DNA of 64,000 nt from Williopsis jadinii (Eukaryota), in NCBI GenBank assembly GCA_024346625.1, contig AP024664.1:1736001-1800000 (forward strand). Direction: 5' to 3'. Shown here one piece after another: positions 42,611 to 53,573 of this stretch. Numbering within the stretch: position 1 is the first letter of the stretch; each line of letters starts with the position of its first letter. Under the pieces are notes generated by a model that had not been told where the DNA came from, did no database searches, and saw only the letters and a program-made list of their open reading frames with translations. The translations under genes and the position numbers were made by a program.

Positions 42611-45600
42611 TCATGATGCATTGTCATCCTCGAACAGGTCCCCAAAGAGATCTTGTTTACAGGTTTCATAATCAACGTAACCACCGTTATAGACGTTCTC
42701 AAAGTTGTAGTAGCTCAGACCACTGAAAAACGGCTTCAAATAGGCAATACTATCGATCTGTTTCACGCCTATCAGAGATGGTACCCTTGGAGATGATGGC
42801 TCCACGGTCTTGTTAACAACAAGCGGTTTCATATCACTCGGAGGATGGAACAACGAATCCACAAGTGATATCTCATCAACAAGACTGACAACATCCACAT
42901 TTCTATAAATGGCATTGATGGTGTCAATAACAAATAACCACTCTTGGAAGTCTTCAAATTCCAACAACAAGATCACATCCAGTAATTTACATGCCTGTAG
43001 TACAGCAGAAGAATCAACAGTGGAGTAATCAGTGGTGTTCAACAATCCAACAAAGAACGTTTGTAGCGAAGTGTAGATCAATGTCCAATAATCATACAGA
43101 TGGATTTCAGAGAACTTCAAAACAATCACTCTGATTATCAAGAAAACTTCTGGGAGGAAATATTCACTCTGCTGAAGGAGAGAATCCAGTTTGTCGAAAA
43201 TGTCCTTCAATAAAACGATGTGCTGATCTGTATCACCAATTAGGATCATATAGGCAACACGCTTTAGATTCAACAGCTTGAGAAGTTGCTCATTGTCATT
43301 CCAGTTGAAAATGTTCATGTTGTTAGAAGACTGTGAGCACTTTGTGAGGTAATCCAGAATCTTATCGTTAGGCTCTGCAACAAGCCATTTTGAAAGGGTA
43401 GTGTTCCAAAGGCCAATGTCACATAGTTTGATCTTGAAAAATTTTGGGTCATTAAACACCTCAGACAGTAAAAACCTCAAACTTTTCGAGCTTGGATAAT
43501 AGTTTACAATCTCGTTCAGCAATTGCATCTGATAGGTACTAATGTTTTCAGGAAATTTCTTCGACTTTAGACTTGGTGTTAATAAGGTGACCAAAATAGC
43601 AGAAACAACAGAAGATTGCTTATCAGAATCGGTAACAATGTTTGATAATTTGGGAATAACAGCTTTTATGGATTTCATAATATCCTCCTGACTGATGATA
43701 ACATCTGCGGTAGGAGTCGAGCCCATGGTACTCTCTTCTAAGCCACTTGGTTGGTCAAGACCAGCCAGTGACAGATCTTGAATAGAGGAAGACAGGGCAT
43801 TCGAGATATCAGCATGCTTAAAGTTCAGTGCCACTGGGTAAATCTTCAAGAATGTGTCACTCAGCTCCTTCTTCACCTTCTTTTGGGATCCAAATTTAGA
43901 ATAGCTCACTTTTGTTGCCAAAACACTCAAAAACTGCAGAACATTCAAAAGGATAGGCTTATAGGAGTTCAAGTGCTCAACAACAGTCTTTAAAAATGAC
44001 GAGGAATCCTCGAAAATATCTTCAATAGTGTCATCCTGTAGCGACATTGTATAGTTGACCAAAAAGTCGCTGACTTCAAACATTGTTGGTCGAACTCTCT
44101 TTTCATCAACAGTCTGCGTTAACAGTTTAAAGATATATGGTATCGTTAGCTGTGGCCTGGAATTATCCAAAACATGCAGGATCTTGAAAGAGACACTATT
44201 GTCATCCTTTGAAGCCCCCATGATAAGAGTACTCAAAACTTCCAATGGTTCCAGTTCATACAGCTTTTCCATTACAAACTTTGACTTGTGTTTCAATTTC
44301 AGCGACTGGTATTTCAAAGAAGTGTTCTCTGGGTTAGTGGTGTCTCTTAAGACCTTATCAGAGTTTTTCCAAATGATAAAGCTCGTTCTTATGGATTCTC
44401 TTATGCAATCAAAAAGAACACGACGGCTGTCACTGAGCTCAAGGTCTGAATTGTATTGTTTGGTGAAATCTGAGTTGAATACACCAGCAACTGAGGAGAA
44501 GAAACCAGGGTCGTTGTTAGAAGCCTTGCTTGTATTGATCTCTACTGTAACGACATATGTTCTGAATAGTGATAGAACATCTTGAAGTTCGTTCAATAAC
44601 AAGGATATGGAAGTTTCATCCTTTGCATCAAGTCCATTACTGTAAAGTTCATTCACCTTGTTGATTATTATCATGGAAATAGGCTCAACAAATTGGAAAA
44701 TGTCATTGTCTTGAAACTTCAAAGATGTGCTCAACAGATCTATCCAAGTGCTTAGAAGCACTGAATTGTCTATCCTTTCAAATGTTGAAATCAAGAATTC
44801 CACTATCAAAGGTTGATTGCTGCCATCTGCCTTTTCAAAAAGACTTGATATTTTCCTATTTGCATTCAGCAGAAGCTTTGTGAGTTCTGTCAAGTGGTTC
44901 AACAGTAGATTGATGATCACTTCACGGTGTTCATCGAAGGAAGATTCTGCCACCTCCTTTGAGATCTGAAAGACAAGATCGACGTACAGTTCAAATGTTG
45001 GTTCAGAACCGTCCAACAAAAGCTCATAGAGTTTCAAGACTGTACCAAAAGTACTTGAACTGAACCTTTTCTGTTTCACAAAACGGTTCAATTGAAACAG
45101 TGTAAAGTCTTTATAAGTTGAAACATTTTCATCTTTATACTCAACAGAATTTATCACTGCAAGTTCGTCTCTGAAAAGAGGAAGCATCTTCTTTCTATTC
45201 ATATTGAGTATCCTGTACAGAATTGAAACGTGATAAGAAAATACAACATCATCATCGAGCGTTTCATGCAGCTTATTAGTGATCAACTGAAAGAGAGTAT
45301 TGACTGTGCCTGTATTGATAACAGTTTCAATCCACCCTTGGATGATAGTGAACGCTGAGCCATTTGCTTCTGTCAAGTCGTCCAGAATAACATGGAGAGG
45401 TCTATCGAGGACAAAAATATCCGTAGCATGAGTCCACAAATAATTGAACACCTTCAAACGATCGCTGAAACTTTCCAAAGTCAACATGTAACTACTTATT
45501 GCTGCTTCAATGTAGTATGAAGAGTGGGACATTGTAAGGAGATGGAGTGATTTCACAATCTCAACTTGGTAACACTGGCCAGATTCTTCTAATAATTGAC

Positions 45601-47449
45601 ACATTTGTGAAACGACATGCTTCAAAACTTCAATCTTTGTACAAGGGTTTGGGAAATTAACCTTTGTGAGCAGTTTTGCCACTGCTATAGTACAATATCC
45701 CGAGTTCTTATATGTGACAATAGCTTGAATGAGGTCGTCATCATAAAATTTGAGTTCTGGTATGAGATCGACAATACCACCCAACACTGGAAGATATTCA
45801 TATCCAGAGTCTGATTTTATGCTAGAGATAGCAAGATCAGTGGCCATTTTCAGGGTCACTTGAGATAAGTCTGCAGCTTGGAATGGTAAGTCAAGCATCT
45901 CTGTTCCCTTGTAATAATTTCCAATTCTTTCAGTGATTTCAGCTGTTGAAATAGTTTTCGATTCCTCAGACGCATGCTCTATAGGTAGATATGCTCTTTG
46001 CGGGACCAGAGAAATGATGGTGTTTGTCAGATTAACCCATTCAATGTTGTTCTGAGCATTCATAAGAGTTGTTAAAAGAAGCAGAGGTAGTTGGTGCACC
46101 ATCATCTCTTCATCTTGAACGTTGAAATGTTGAAGGATAAAGGTTGCAAATTCAACTTCTCCCTTCAATAACAAGCTTTCCAGTTCACCGTATATGATCA
46201 GAGTCTCCACAGAATCGAACAGTGCCGATCCACTCTTCAATACATCTTCATATTGGTCACTCTTCGTTTCAACTGAACACATTACAGATTTTAAAGCAGG
46301 AATGAAAACGTTTGGGATCAAGAGAGAACCGATTTCCCATCTATCCATCGACGCCAGCGTAATCTTCAATGCACGAATTTGTTGAGTAGCGATTGGTTGA
46401 TGGTCATATTTCCCTTCAATCAACTTTAAAATTCCCTCAATGAGGCACTTGGCTCCGTTAGTCTTGAAGTAGTTCAATTGTTGCGCGGACGTTGCGTCCT
46501 GACCCATCAACCAGTTCCAAACTCTTCTATTGATAGACATATCTTTCTTCAATATGGCAGATATTGTACTGATGATCAACTGTTGAAGATCGCTTTCGGG
46601 GATGAGCTTTTGAAGAACCGTCGAATTCAAGCGAAGGTTCTTGATCAAGAGGTCAAAAAATCCTCTTTGGATCAAAATGTTTGGTGACTCGGAGATCTTC
46701 ATGAACGCTCTGACAATGAGTCCAGGTTCCGGTGTAATTAAGCTTTTCTGCTCCTGGGTCATCGCTTCCAGCAGTTTGGTTTTGTAGTAATTATCGGAAT
46801 CGTCATTCTCGGGTGGGGGTGGGACGACAATGTTGAGATCAGGCAGTCTCTTATTACACCAAACCAAGCAACCAAGACGTCTTTCCTCACTCGTAATGAT
46901 GATTAAGAATACAGATTGCCATAGAAGCGAATCATCGTGCAAGTTCCTTCTGAGCGTATCGATGAGGGCCAAAGAAGCTTCAAAGAAATCCGATCTCTCA
47001 TCGTCAATTGACGGAAGAAGGTACGACAACAGCGGCTTCACCAGTATTTTCAGTCTCTGCTGCGGCAGAGTCAAGATGTAGCTCTTGTAAAGATCAATAA
47101 CCAAGGGCTTGATGCTGATGGATGCAAATTGCATAATTGGGAGGATACCTGGTATCCAAACATTGACTGAGTTGCTCAGCTTTTCAATCCCCAACTCCGC
47201 AAAGATGAAGTTGTAAAGCTCCAACGTCTTCGAGTGAACCCCTGACGGCAAGTTCGGAGAGAGACACTTGGATAGTCTTATGGAGATCTGAAGGTCGTGA
47301 GGGATCCAATGCTGTGTTGTATGCTTCTGCTGAAGCGCCTTGTGCAGTTTCGAGAGAAAGGCAATGTAATCTGCCCATTCGTTCAAGGTATCAAACAGAA
47401 CAAGCGCTTTCTCGATACCACTGGCGTACTTCTTATCTCGACTATCCAT
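42611..47449 (-). CDS. DOP1: Dopey-family trafficking protein
   Basis: N-terminal EWADYIAFLSKL, RLSKCLSPNLPSGVHSK and KKDMSINRRVWNWL; first ATG at 47449. Confidence 0.93.
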   Translation of the reverse strand: MDSRDKKYASGIEKALVLFDTLNEWADYIAFLSKLHKALQQKHTTQHWIPHDLQISIRLSKCLSPNLPSGVHSKTLELYNFIFAELGIEKLSNSVNVWIPGILPIMQFASISIKPLVIDLYKSYILTLPQQRLKILVKPLLSYLLPSIDDERSDFFEASLALIDTLRRNLHDDSLLWQSVFLIIITSEERRLGCLVWCNKRLPDLNIVVPPPPENDDSDNYYKTKLLEAMTQEQKSLITPEPGLIVRAFMKISESPNILIQRGFFDLLIKNLRLNSTVLQKLIPESDLQQLIISTISAILKKDMSINRRVWNWLMGQDATSAQQLNYFKTNGAKCLIEGILKLIEGKYDHQPIATQQIRALKITLASMDRWEIGSLLIPNVFIPALKSVMCSVETKSDQYEDVLKSGSALFDSVETLIIYGELESLLLKGEVEFATFILQHFNVQDEEMMVHQLPLLLLTTLMNAQNNIEWVNLTNTIISLVPQRAYLPIEHASEESKTISTAEITERIGNYYKGTEMLDLPFQAADLSQVTLKMATDLAISSIKSDSGYEYLPVLGGIVDLIPELKFYDDDLIQAIVTYKNSGYCTIAVAKLLTKVNFPNPCTKIEVLKHVVSQMCQLLEESGQCYQVEIVKSLHLLTMSHSSYYIEAAISSYMLTLESFSDRLKVFNYLWTHATDIFVLDRPLHVILDDLTEANGSAFTIIQGWIETVINTGTVNTLFQLITNKLHETLDDDVVFSYHVSILYRILNMNRKKMLPLFRDELAVINSVEYKDENVSTYKDFTLFQLNRFVKQKRFSSSTFGTVLKLYELLLDGSEPTFELYVDLVFQISKEVAESSFDEHREVIINLLLNHLTELTKLLLNANRKISSLFEKADGSNQPLIVEFLISTFERIDNSVLLSTWIDLLSTSLKFQDNDIFQFVEPISMIIINKVNELYSNGLDAKDETSISLLLNELQDVLSLFRTYVVTVEINTSKASNNDPGFFSSVAGVFNSDFTKQYNSDLELSDSRRVLFDCIRESIRTSFIIWKNSDKVLRDTTNPENTSLKYQSLKLKHKSKFVMEKLYELEPLEVLSTLIMGASKDDNSVSFKILHVLDNSRPQLTIPYIFKLLTQTVDEKRVRPTMFEVSDFLVNYTMSLQDDTIEDIFEDSSSFLKTVVEHLNSYKPILLNVLQFLSVLATKVSYSKFGSQKKVKKELSDTFLKIYPVALNFKHADISNALSSSIQDLSLAGLDQPSGLEESTMGSTPTADVIISQEDIMKSIKAVIPKLSNIVTDSDKQSSVVSAILVTLLTPSLKSKKFPENISTYQMQLLNEIVNYYPSSKSLRFLLSEVFNDPKFFKIKLCDIGLWNTTLSKWLVAEPNDKILDYLTKCSQSSNNMNIFNWNDNEQLLKLLNLKRVAYMILIGDTDQHIVLLKDIFDKLDSLLQQSEYFLPEVFLIIRVIVLKFSEIHLYDYWTLIYTSLQTFFVGLLNTTDYSTVDSSAVLQACKLLDVILLLEFEDFQEWLFVIDTINAIYRNVDVVSLVDEISLVDSLFHPPSDMKPLVVNKTVEPSSPRVPSLIGVKQIDSIAYLKPFFSGLSYYNFENVYNGGYVDYETCKQDLFGDLFEDDNAS

Positions 47450-47672
47450 GTTGGCGGTGGTGTACACTCAAAGAAAGGTCGTCAACGGGTCGTGATTGCA
47501 GTTTCTCCAACTCGTCGTTGTTGATAATGGGTGGGAAACTCGGGCAAGGCTTAAACCTGTTTGTTGATATTTGTTTGTTTACATTCGCGGGAAGGGGATT
47601 CCTACAACACCGGGGGTGTTTACATCGTTGTAGTTAAGAATGAAGTGTTGATATATAGCGCTATCCAGATCT

Positions 47673-48356
47673 TTACTCCTTTGGGGCGATTTGCTTGATC
47701 AGCTGTAGCACACTTTCAATCTCATCAGGGTCTGCGCTGTGTTGTAGCCCCGGGTAGGTGTTGAAGTCGTAGTTCTCGAACCCCAGATGGTTCTTGAACA
47801 AGTCAGAGATGGCCTTCCCAGCTCCTATTGGAATCACAGGATCCGCAGTACCGTGGCCATGGAATACCGGCGTGTACTTGTTAACGTCGACCTTGTTCTC
47901 CTTCAGATGGCTGAAGAACGGCGTAGCTGGCGATAGGGCGATGATGGCACCAACTTTCTTATCAGACAGCGCAGCAGTGCCCAAAGCAAGCCCTCCACCT
48001 TGTGAGAATCCACCCACGATGATGCGTTCCGGCTTGATACCATATGCGATCTCCTCGTCGATGTATTTCCCCACGGTCTCGATGGACTTGAGGTACCCTT
48101 CAACGTCGTCGTTGTTTGTCCATTCACCAAATCTCTGGATATCGAACCACGACGGCATTGGAATGCCGGAGTTCACAGTAACCGGTGTCACTGGAGCATT
48201 CGGGAAGATGAACCTGACATGGTCAAAGTCGGAGGAGCGACGAGCCATGTCTGACAGGAACTGCCACCCAGCACCGGAGTCTCCCAATCCATGGAAGAAG
48301 ATCACGGAAGCCGTGGCTGGCACCTTAGACGCGACACGAACAGCGTTGAGGCTCAT
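47673..48356 (-). CDS. Acyl-protein thioesterase / phospholipase-carboxylesterase (YLR118C-like)
   Basis: FFHGLGDSG, MPSWFDI, GGFSQGG nucleophile, GHGTADPVI and YPGLQHS; first ATG at 48356. Confidence 0.9.
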   Translation of the reverse strand: MSLNAVRVASKVPATASVIFFHGLGDSGAGWQFLSDMARRSSDFDHVRFIFPNAPVTPVTVNSGIPMPSWFDIQRFGEWTNNDDVEGYLKSIETVGKYIDEEIAYGIKPERIIVGGFSQGGGLALGTAALSDKKVGAIIALSPATPFFSHLKENKVDVNKYTPVFHGHGTADPVIPIGAGKAISDLFKNHLGFENYDFNTYPGLQHSADPDEIESVLQLIKQIAPKE

Positions 48357-48628
48357 ACTTGTTGTTCCTCTCTTGGTGATGGTGGGCTCAGGAGGCACAG
48401 ACGTGACGATATTAGTACGGAAACCACCTTCTCTTATACGATGATCTCCTACTGAGCCATTGTGCGCTCGCGATATTTGTCATCTTTGTCATCATCGGTT
48501 GTAGTGTGTGAGGCTTTCTTCGCGAAGAAGCTTTCAAGGCGAGCACACAACGACAGGACGGTAAACAAACAAAACAGTGACGCCAGCATCGATTAGTCAG
48601 GACATCATCACGCTCAGACCGTTGAAGA

Positions 48629-49273
48629 ATGTCCGATGTGCCACCTTCGCTGCCTCCCAAGGGTGAACCTTTAGCAGATAACGGGAACTCGCACTCGCGC
48701 CCGGAGTCATCAACATCACCGCCGTCGCAAGCCGCTAGCCATGCTCAAACACCCACGCCGTCTGTAAAGATTCCACTGCCCGATAACTTTGGCAGTTTAC
48801 CCACGAGGGAGATCGAGAAGCTGCTCAGCACGTTGGATGTGCTCAAAGGGTACCTCGTGACGCTTATTCAAGGTGAGCTTGACAAGGACGTTGCAGAACT
48901 AGAAGGAATTGTGCGACAGATTGAGAGTTATAAAGAGAAGCTCGAGCAACTCGAGAGTTGTAAACGGAAGACCCAGCTGAAAGCAGAAGAAGTGAACGAG
49001 CTCACCTCACAATGGCTGCAAAAGGAACAGGAGATGAAGAAGGCGCTGTATAGATTCAGCAGAGAAAACCTACAATCGCTGCTACAAACGTCTGTACAGG
49101 AGTCTCGAAAGCTAACAGAATCTATCCAGGCAACGTTTGTATCGCACATCGACCAGCACGACGAGCAGTCGATCCAGATGTTCATAAAGAGCTATCGTCA
49201 TGAACGCAAGGAGTATTACTTACACAAGGAGAAGTTGAGTCGTTTCCAACAGGGTAGAATAGGAGGAATTTGA
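48629..49273 (+). CDS. SRN2: ESCRT-I subunit Vps37/Srn2-like
   Basis: 214 aa; PPSLPPK, a coiled coil and a C-terminal FIKSYRHERKEYYLHKEKL Mod(r)-like segment. Adjacent to a YLR118C-like gene, as in S. cerevisiae. Confidence 0.75.
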   Translation: MSDVPPSLPPKGEPLADNGNSHSRPESSTSPPSQAASHAQTPTPSVKIPLPDNFGSLPTREIEKLLSTLDVLKGYLVTLIQGELDKDVAELEGIVRQIESYKEKLEQLESCKRKTQLKAEEVNELTSQWLQKEQEMKKALYRFSRENLQSLLQTSVQESRKLTESIQATFVSHIDQHDEQSIQMFIKSYRHERKEYYLHKEKLSRFQQGRIGGI

Positions 49274-49292
49274 TTAGCGTATGTACATTCCA

Positions 49293-50324
49293 TTACAATC
49301 TCTTTGAATCCCAGATGTAAACCATTTCATCCCAACCAGTGGTTGCAGCCCATCCCGGTTCACCCCAAAGACTGTAATCACCTCCAACGACAAATTCTCG
49401 ATGCTGGTTGAACACTTTCGACTTGGAATGGTTCTTGAACCTACAGATACGCGTGTTTGGATCAGTCTGATCATGCCACACACGAGCAGTCATATCATAG
49501 GAACAACTCAACAGTTCGCATCCATCGTGAGGGCTCCATACTACACGACGCACAGCAAAATCGTGCCCAATGAACTGGTTCAACGGAACCGGCGCGGCCT
49601 GTGGAACCGCCATAGGGGTCGAATCCTTTGTTGGTACCATTCTAAAATCCCATAACTTGATCATCTTATCAACACCACCTGTGGCAACCACTGTAGACCT
49701 GTACTTGTTCCAATCACAGCACAGTGTCTCTGCACCACCGTGTCCTATGAAATCTGCAACTTCAGGGTCTGGTCTTCTCGTGTCCCAGAGTTGAACGTGG
49801 CCATTGGCATTGACAGACATCAACATGTTTGGATTATGCGGCGAGAAAGTTGCCTGATAAGCACAGTTGTTTTGGAACTGAGGTTTACCAGCTTGTAAAG
49901 TCATCAACGACTGTTTCCGATTTGGACTCCATATCTTTATAGTCCCATCCCAACTTGATGATGCAAATGTCGTCTTCTCAGCAAGGTTCCAGGCCGTGGA
50001 GAACACTTCCCTTTGGTGCTCTTTCCATTGCATTATCGGGAATTTTGGCACAGTGATGTCGAACAGCTTCACAGAACCATCACCATTGGCAGTGACAACA
50101 TGGTTCTCATGCATCTCAGACCAGGCTATATCAAAGAGCCCGTCTTGCGTATCGAAGTAAACGTCATTGGCGATTTGACCATTGGCCTGAATCGATAGCA
50201 CGTAGAGACGTCCATTACCAACCAGCCCAAAGTTCGCCGCAGTCGCCACCGCCAACTTGTTGTCGAAGTAAGGTGAGTACTTCACCGAGTAACCATTGTA
50301 GCCTTGTGTTCTAAAGGAAAGCAT
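49293..50324 (-). CDS. PEX7: Peroxisomal PTS2 receptor
   Basis: 343 aa; GYNGYSVKYSPYFDNKLAVATAANFGLVGNGRL, DGLFDIAWSE and WD40 repeats. Confidence 0.96.
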   Translation of the reverse strand: MLSFRTQGYNGYSVKYSPYFDNKLAVATAANFGLVGNGRLYVLSIQANGQIANDVYFDTQDGLFDIAWSEMHENHVVTANGDGSVKLFDITVPKFPIMQWKEHQREVFSTAWNLAEKTTFASSSWDGTIKIWSPNRKQSLMTLQAGKPQFQNNCAYQATFSPHNPNMLMSVNANGHVQLWDTRRPDPEVADFIGHGGAETLCCDWNKYRSTVVATGGVDKMIKLWDFRMVPTKDSTPMAVPQAAPVPLNQFIGHDFAVRRVVWSPHDGCELLSCSYDMTARVWHDQTDPNTRICRFKNHSKSKVFNQHREFVVGGDYSLWGEPGWAATTGWDEMVYIWDSKRL

Positions 50325-50540
50325 TCAAACTGTATGGTACGCCGCTTTGCTGCTATGTATGGTGCTTCTAAGAGTTGTAAAAGCTGTATATATTCCCGAT
50401 CCAGCGTAGCCCTTGTAGATTTTCCTCCCTCGGTGCTTATCGGAAGAGAAAGCCTTTTAGATCTCTGCCCCGCGCTCCGTGAATCCCCGGATGCGTATTT
50501 TCGGTCTCAAGATAATACGGTAGGGTAACGGAAGAGTAAC

Positions 50541-50562
50541 ATCACGTGTGGCCACACGTGAT
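50541..50562. promoter_or_regulatory. Perfect 22-bp palindrome containing two CACGTG E-boxes
   Basis: ATCACGTGTGG|CCACACGTGAT in the PEX7 / KH-gene divergent promoter. Confidence 0.6.
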
Positions 50563-50843
50563 ATGGTTGGGGCAGCAGTTGGCACCTCTTCGCACAAGCC
50601 CTTTTGTTTACTTTTCACTTCTTTAAGTGTTGAGATCCCGTCATCTCCAAGACACTTGTTCTTTTCCTCTGTATCCACTGCTCGGACGGGTTCTCTGGTT
50701 GAGCAAAGAGGTGTCGTTTGATCAACAGATACGAAGAATCAGCTGGGCGTCATCAGCTGCTGCCCTCACTGCCAACAACAAGACAGATACACATCGTCTA
50801 AGCGACTCCAATACGGTTGATACTATTTAGTCCTCTTTGACCA

Positions 50844-53402
50844 ATGACGGAGACGGAAGAGAGTATGAGGATAATGGCCTCGATTCCGCTGAAGTATACG
50901 TACGCGTTGAAGAGCAAATCAAGCACTGGCCTTCTCTACCAGTCGGACACTGGGTTGTGGAGAGACGTTGATCCTAGTAATGGCTACATAGCATCGGTAT
51001 TACCACAACAGTCATTGTCGCAGTTCCAGATCATCGATGGGGTGTCCAACTTCAACGATCTGCTATCTGCTGGTGTAAAACTGTCGATCATGGACTCGAG
51101 AAGAAACGGACCGTTTCTCGAGTTCGCAATACAAGGTGTTGATGAGAAGGCGTCGAGTTGTGTTGAACAGCACAAGGACATCCTTAAGCGTTATCAAACA
51201 TTCGACGTACAAACAATTGTTCAAGATCAATCCAACAGGGCACTGTTTACGCCATATGGACTCAATGACGACTTCCGCGCGCAGCTGGATGCCGTGGCCA
51301 AATTCTGTAACGTTGAAATATTGATATCTAAACAGCAGCATAGCTTCAATCTGACAAGTGTTTCAAACAGATCTAACCCAAAACCAAGCGACATTTACAT
51401 CTACATTGTCGGATCCTCAGAAGATACGGTCTTTGCAGAGACTAGGATTATAATCCTGCTGGACAACGTGCAAAAGCTCTTTGTTGATTCATGCACTTTG
51501 GGACTATCCATGATCCCTGTAGTTGGTGGTGTGGGATTTGGTACATTCAAGGCAATTGCAAAGGAAACAGGTGTTAATCTATACCTTCCCAACCTTGTCC
51601 AGCAGTTCCACTCAAATTCACCGCTGCATAAATCAGATGATATCTTCTTCTCTGGTTTGGAAGCAGAGGTCTCTCTAGCGAAGAAGCTGATCACGGAAGT
51701 GAAGCGGAAATTAGAATCCCAACTGTTCTATAAGAACATCGAAGTCTTGAAGTACAAAAAGGATCTCGTATTGGTGAGTAAACAATCTGAATTGAGCTCT
51801 ATTATGTACAAATATGGAGTCTTCATTGAAACTTCCCCATTGGGGTTTGACGGCTCCACTGTGCATTTCCAGGGTCATTCAGCTGAGTCAATTGAAAACG
51901 CAATTTATGACTTCTGCTCTCTTACAAACGACATTTATGTTGCTGATATATCATTCCACATTGATAGTTCATCTGGTGAGTCCTTTGAACCTGTTACCCC
52001 GTCGCTGGAGACTAAAGAGGTCGAGCAGCTCCTAGACAGACTCTCTGTTGCATCTGGTGTCACGATCTACTTCGATTTGGAATTGGGTTCTTTCAAGATC
52101 GTTGGCATTAGAGATAACGTCATCAGGGCTCTCAAGATGTTCCAGACGTCTTCATTACAACTATACTCTGGTGCAGTCAGTGCAAGTATTGTTCTCAATG
52201 TTGAACTGGGATTGTCATTCCACGAATTTATTAGTGGAAAGAAAAATGGTAAGATATCTAAAATCACCAATGGCTCACACTCTTTTATCAATTTTCATCC
52301 GTTAAATGAATATAGCATGTTGGTTGAGCTAAGAACTGATGACTTCAATGATTTCTTCCGTGCATACTCGCAGCTACAAGACGAACTGCCATCTGAAGTT
52401 AAATTCTACATTCCAGAATCTTTCCATAGACAGATCATCGGGACTGGAGGCTCATTGATCCAATCTATCATGAGAAAGTATAACGTCTTTGTGAAGTTCT
52501 CCAATACTTATGATCTAAAGAACAATGCGAAGAGTCTGGTTAGATATGACAATGTGATCATCAGATGTCCTTCAAAGAATGCTTCCAATATCCCACTTGT
52601 GAAGAACGAACTGAATGGGCTGTTGATTAACAATGAGAATATCACTTTTTTCAACACTTATCTAAAGATCTCCAGAAATCAATACCACTTGTTCAATTTT
52701 GATAAGATTCAAGAGATTGAGAAGAAAACATCAACGTTTATTAAATTCCCAGCTGTTGAACCTGACGATTTTGCCATCATTGAGGTTTTGGGAACTGAGT
52801 CATTTTCTATCAATGCTACAAGATTGTTATCGTTAGAACTTGCTGAGAGTTATGAATTTAGATTGGCACGCTCGCCAAACTTTCATAAAGTCGTGACTGA
52901 TTCCAACGTGAGCTATGTGGAAAAGATCAAAGTGCCATTGAAATTGCTCTATAACTTTGAAATTATGGCCTCAGACTCTAAGACTGCGGAATTAGGCTCT
53001 TATCATTCTATCATCATAAGTTATTTGCCAGGAAGTGACATACATCTTGGTGAAGTTATTGGACATGTGACTGCATTCCTTCGTGAGTACGATTTTATGA
53101 TTGTCGATCGTACATCATTGTCGAATAGTGATCTGATCATCAGTGGTTCTGCAGAGAGGTTCTCGGCTTCTAAACCACAGAGCAACACACAGCCAGAACA
53201 TGGAACCCTCAGCACAAGGTTCACCGGTGCTCCATCTGGAATTACCAACTTGTCTTTTACAGCATCTCAACCACGTCAACTATGGCAATTGCCAAACAAA
53301 AATGTGAATGACTTTGCAGTTTCGCAACCTGTTATTGTGCAGCCATTTACTCAATATGTCTCTGCAAAGAGGACACATGGCCGCAGTCTGAATAAACATT
53401 AG
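50844..53402 (+). CDS. KH-domain RNA-binding protein (YLL032C-like)
   Basis: 852 aa; FISGKKNGKISKI and FHRQIIGTGGSLIQSIMRKYNVFVKF KH motifs; near GPI13, as YLL032C is in S. cerevisiae. Confidence 0.8.
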   Translation: MTETEESMRIMASIPLKYTYALKSKSSTGLLYQSDTGLWRDVDPSNGYIASVLPQQSLSQFQIIDGVSNFNDLLSAGVKLSIMDSRRNGPFLEFAIQGVDEKASSCVEQHKDILKRYQTFDVQTIVQDQSNRALFTPYGLNDDFRAQLDAVAKFCNVEILISKQQHSFNLTSVSNRSNPKPSDIYIYIVGSSEDTVFAETRIIILLDNVQKLFVDSCTLGLSMIPVVGGVGFGTFKAIAKETGVNLYLPNLVQQFHSNSPLHKSDDIFFSGLEAEVSLAKKLITEVKRKLESQLFYKNIEVLKYKKDLVLVSKQSELSSIMYKYGVFIETSPLGFDGSTVHFQGHSAESIENAIYDFCSLTNDIYVADISFHIDSSSGESFEPVTPSLETKEVEQLLDRLSVASGVTIYFDLELGSFKIVGIRDNVIRALKMFQTSSLQLYSGAVSASIVLNVELGLSFHEFISGKKNGKISKITNGSHSFINFHPLNEYSMLVELRTDDFNDFFRAYSQLQDELPSEVKFYIPESFHRQIIGTGGSLIQSIMRKYNVFVKFSNTYDLKNNAKSLVRYDNVIIRCPSKNASNIPLVKNELNGLLINNENITFFNTYLKISRNQYHLFNFDKIQEIEKKTSTFIKFPAVEPDDFAIIEVLGTESFSINATRLLSLELAESYEFRLARSPNFHKVVTDSNVSYVEKIKVPLKLLYNFEIMASDSKTAELGSYHSIIISYLPGSDIHLGEVIGHVTAFLREYDFMIVDRTSLSNSDLIISGSAERFSASKPQSNTQPEHGTLSTRFTGAPSGITNLSFTASQPRQLWQLPNKNVNDFAVSQPVIVQPFTQYVSAKRTHGRSLNKH

Positions 53403-53573
53403 ATGATGAATCTGGATCCAGACTTGCTAAAAAAACGAATATCAAACACATGACCTATGATACCCTAATAATCACGCTAACGTTTCTGCTATGTTGGCTA
53501 TTCATACTTTATATCTTACATGATTTCTGATGAAGAAGAATCAAATATATGTAGTTAATGGGGGGTATTGTCT

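Noticed and set aside
47794..48444. 216-aa plus-strand ORF (and similar antisense ORFs over ITR1, CDC53, DOP1 and MES1)
   Set aside because: Antisense shadows of well-supported genes.
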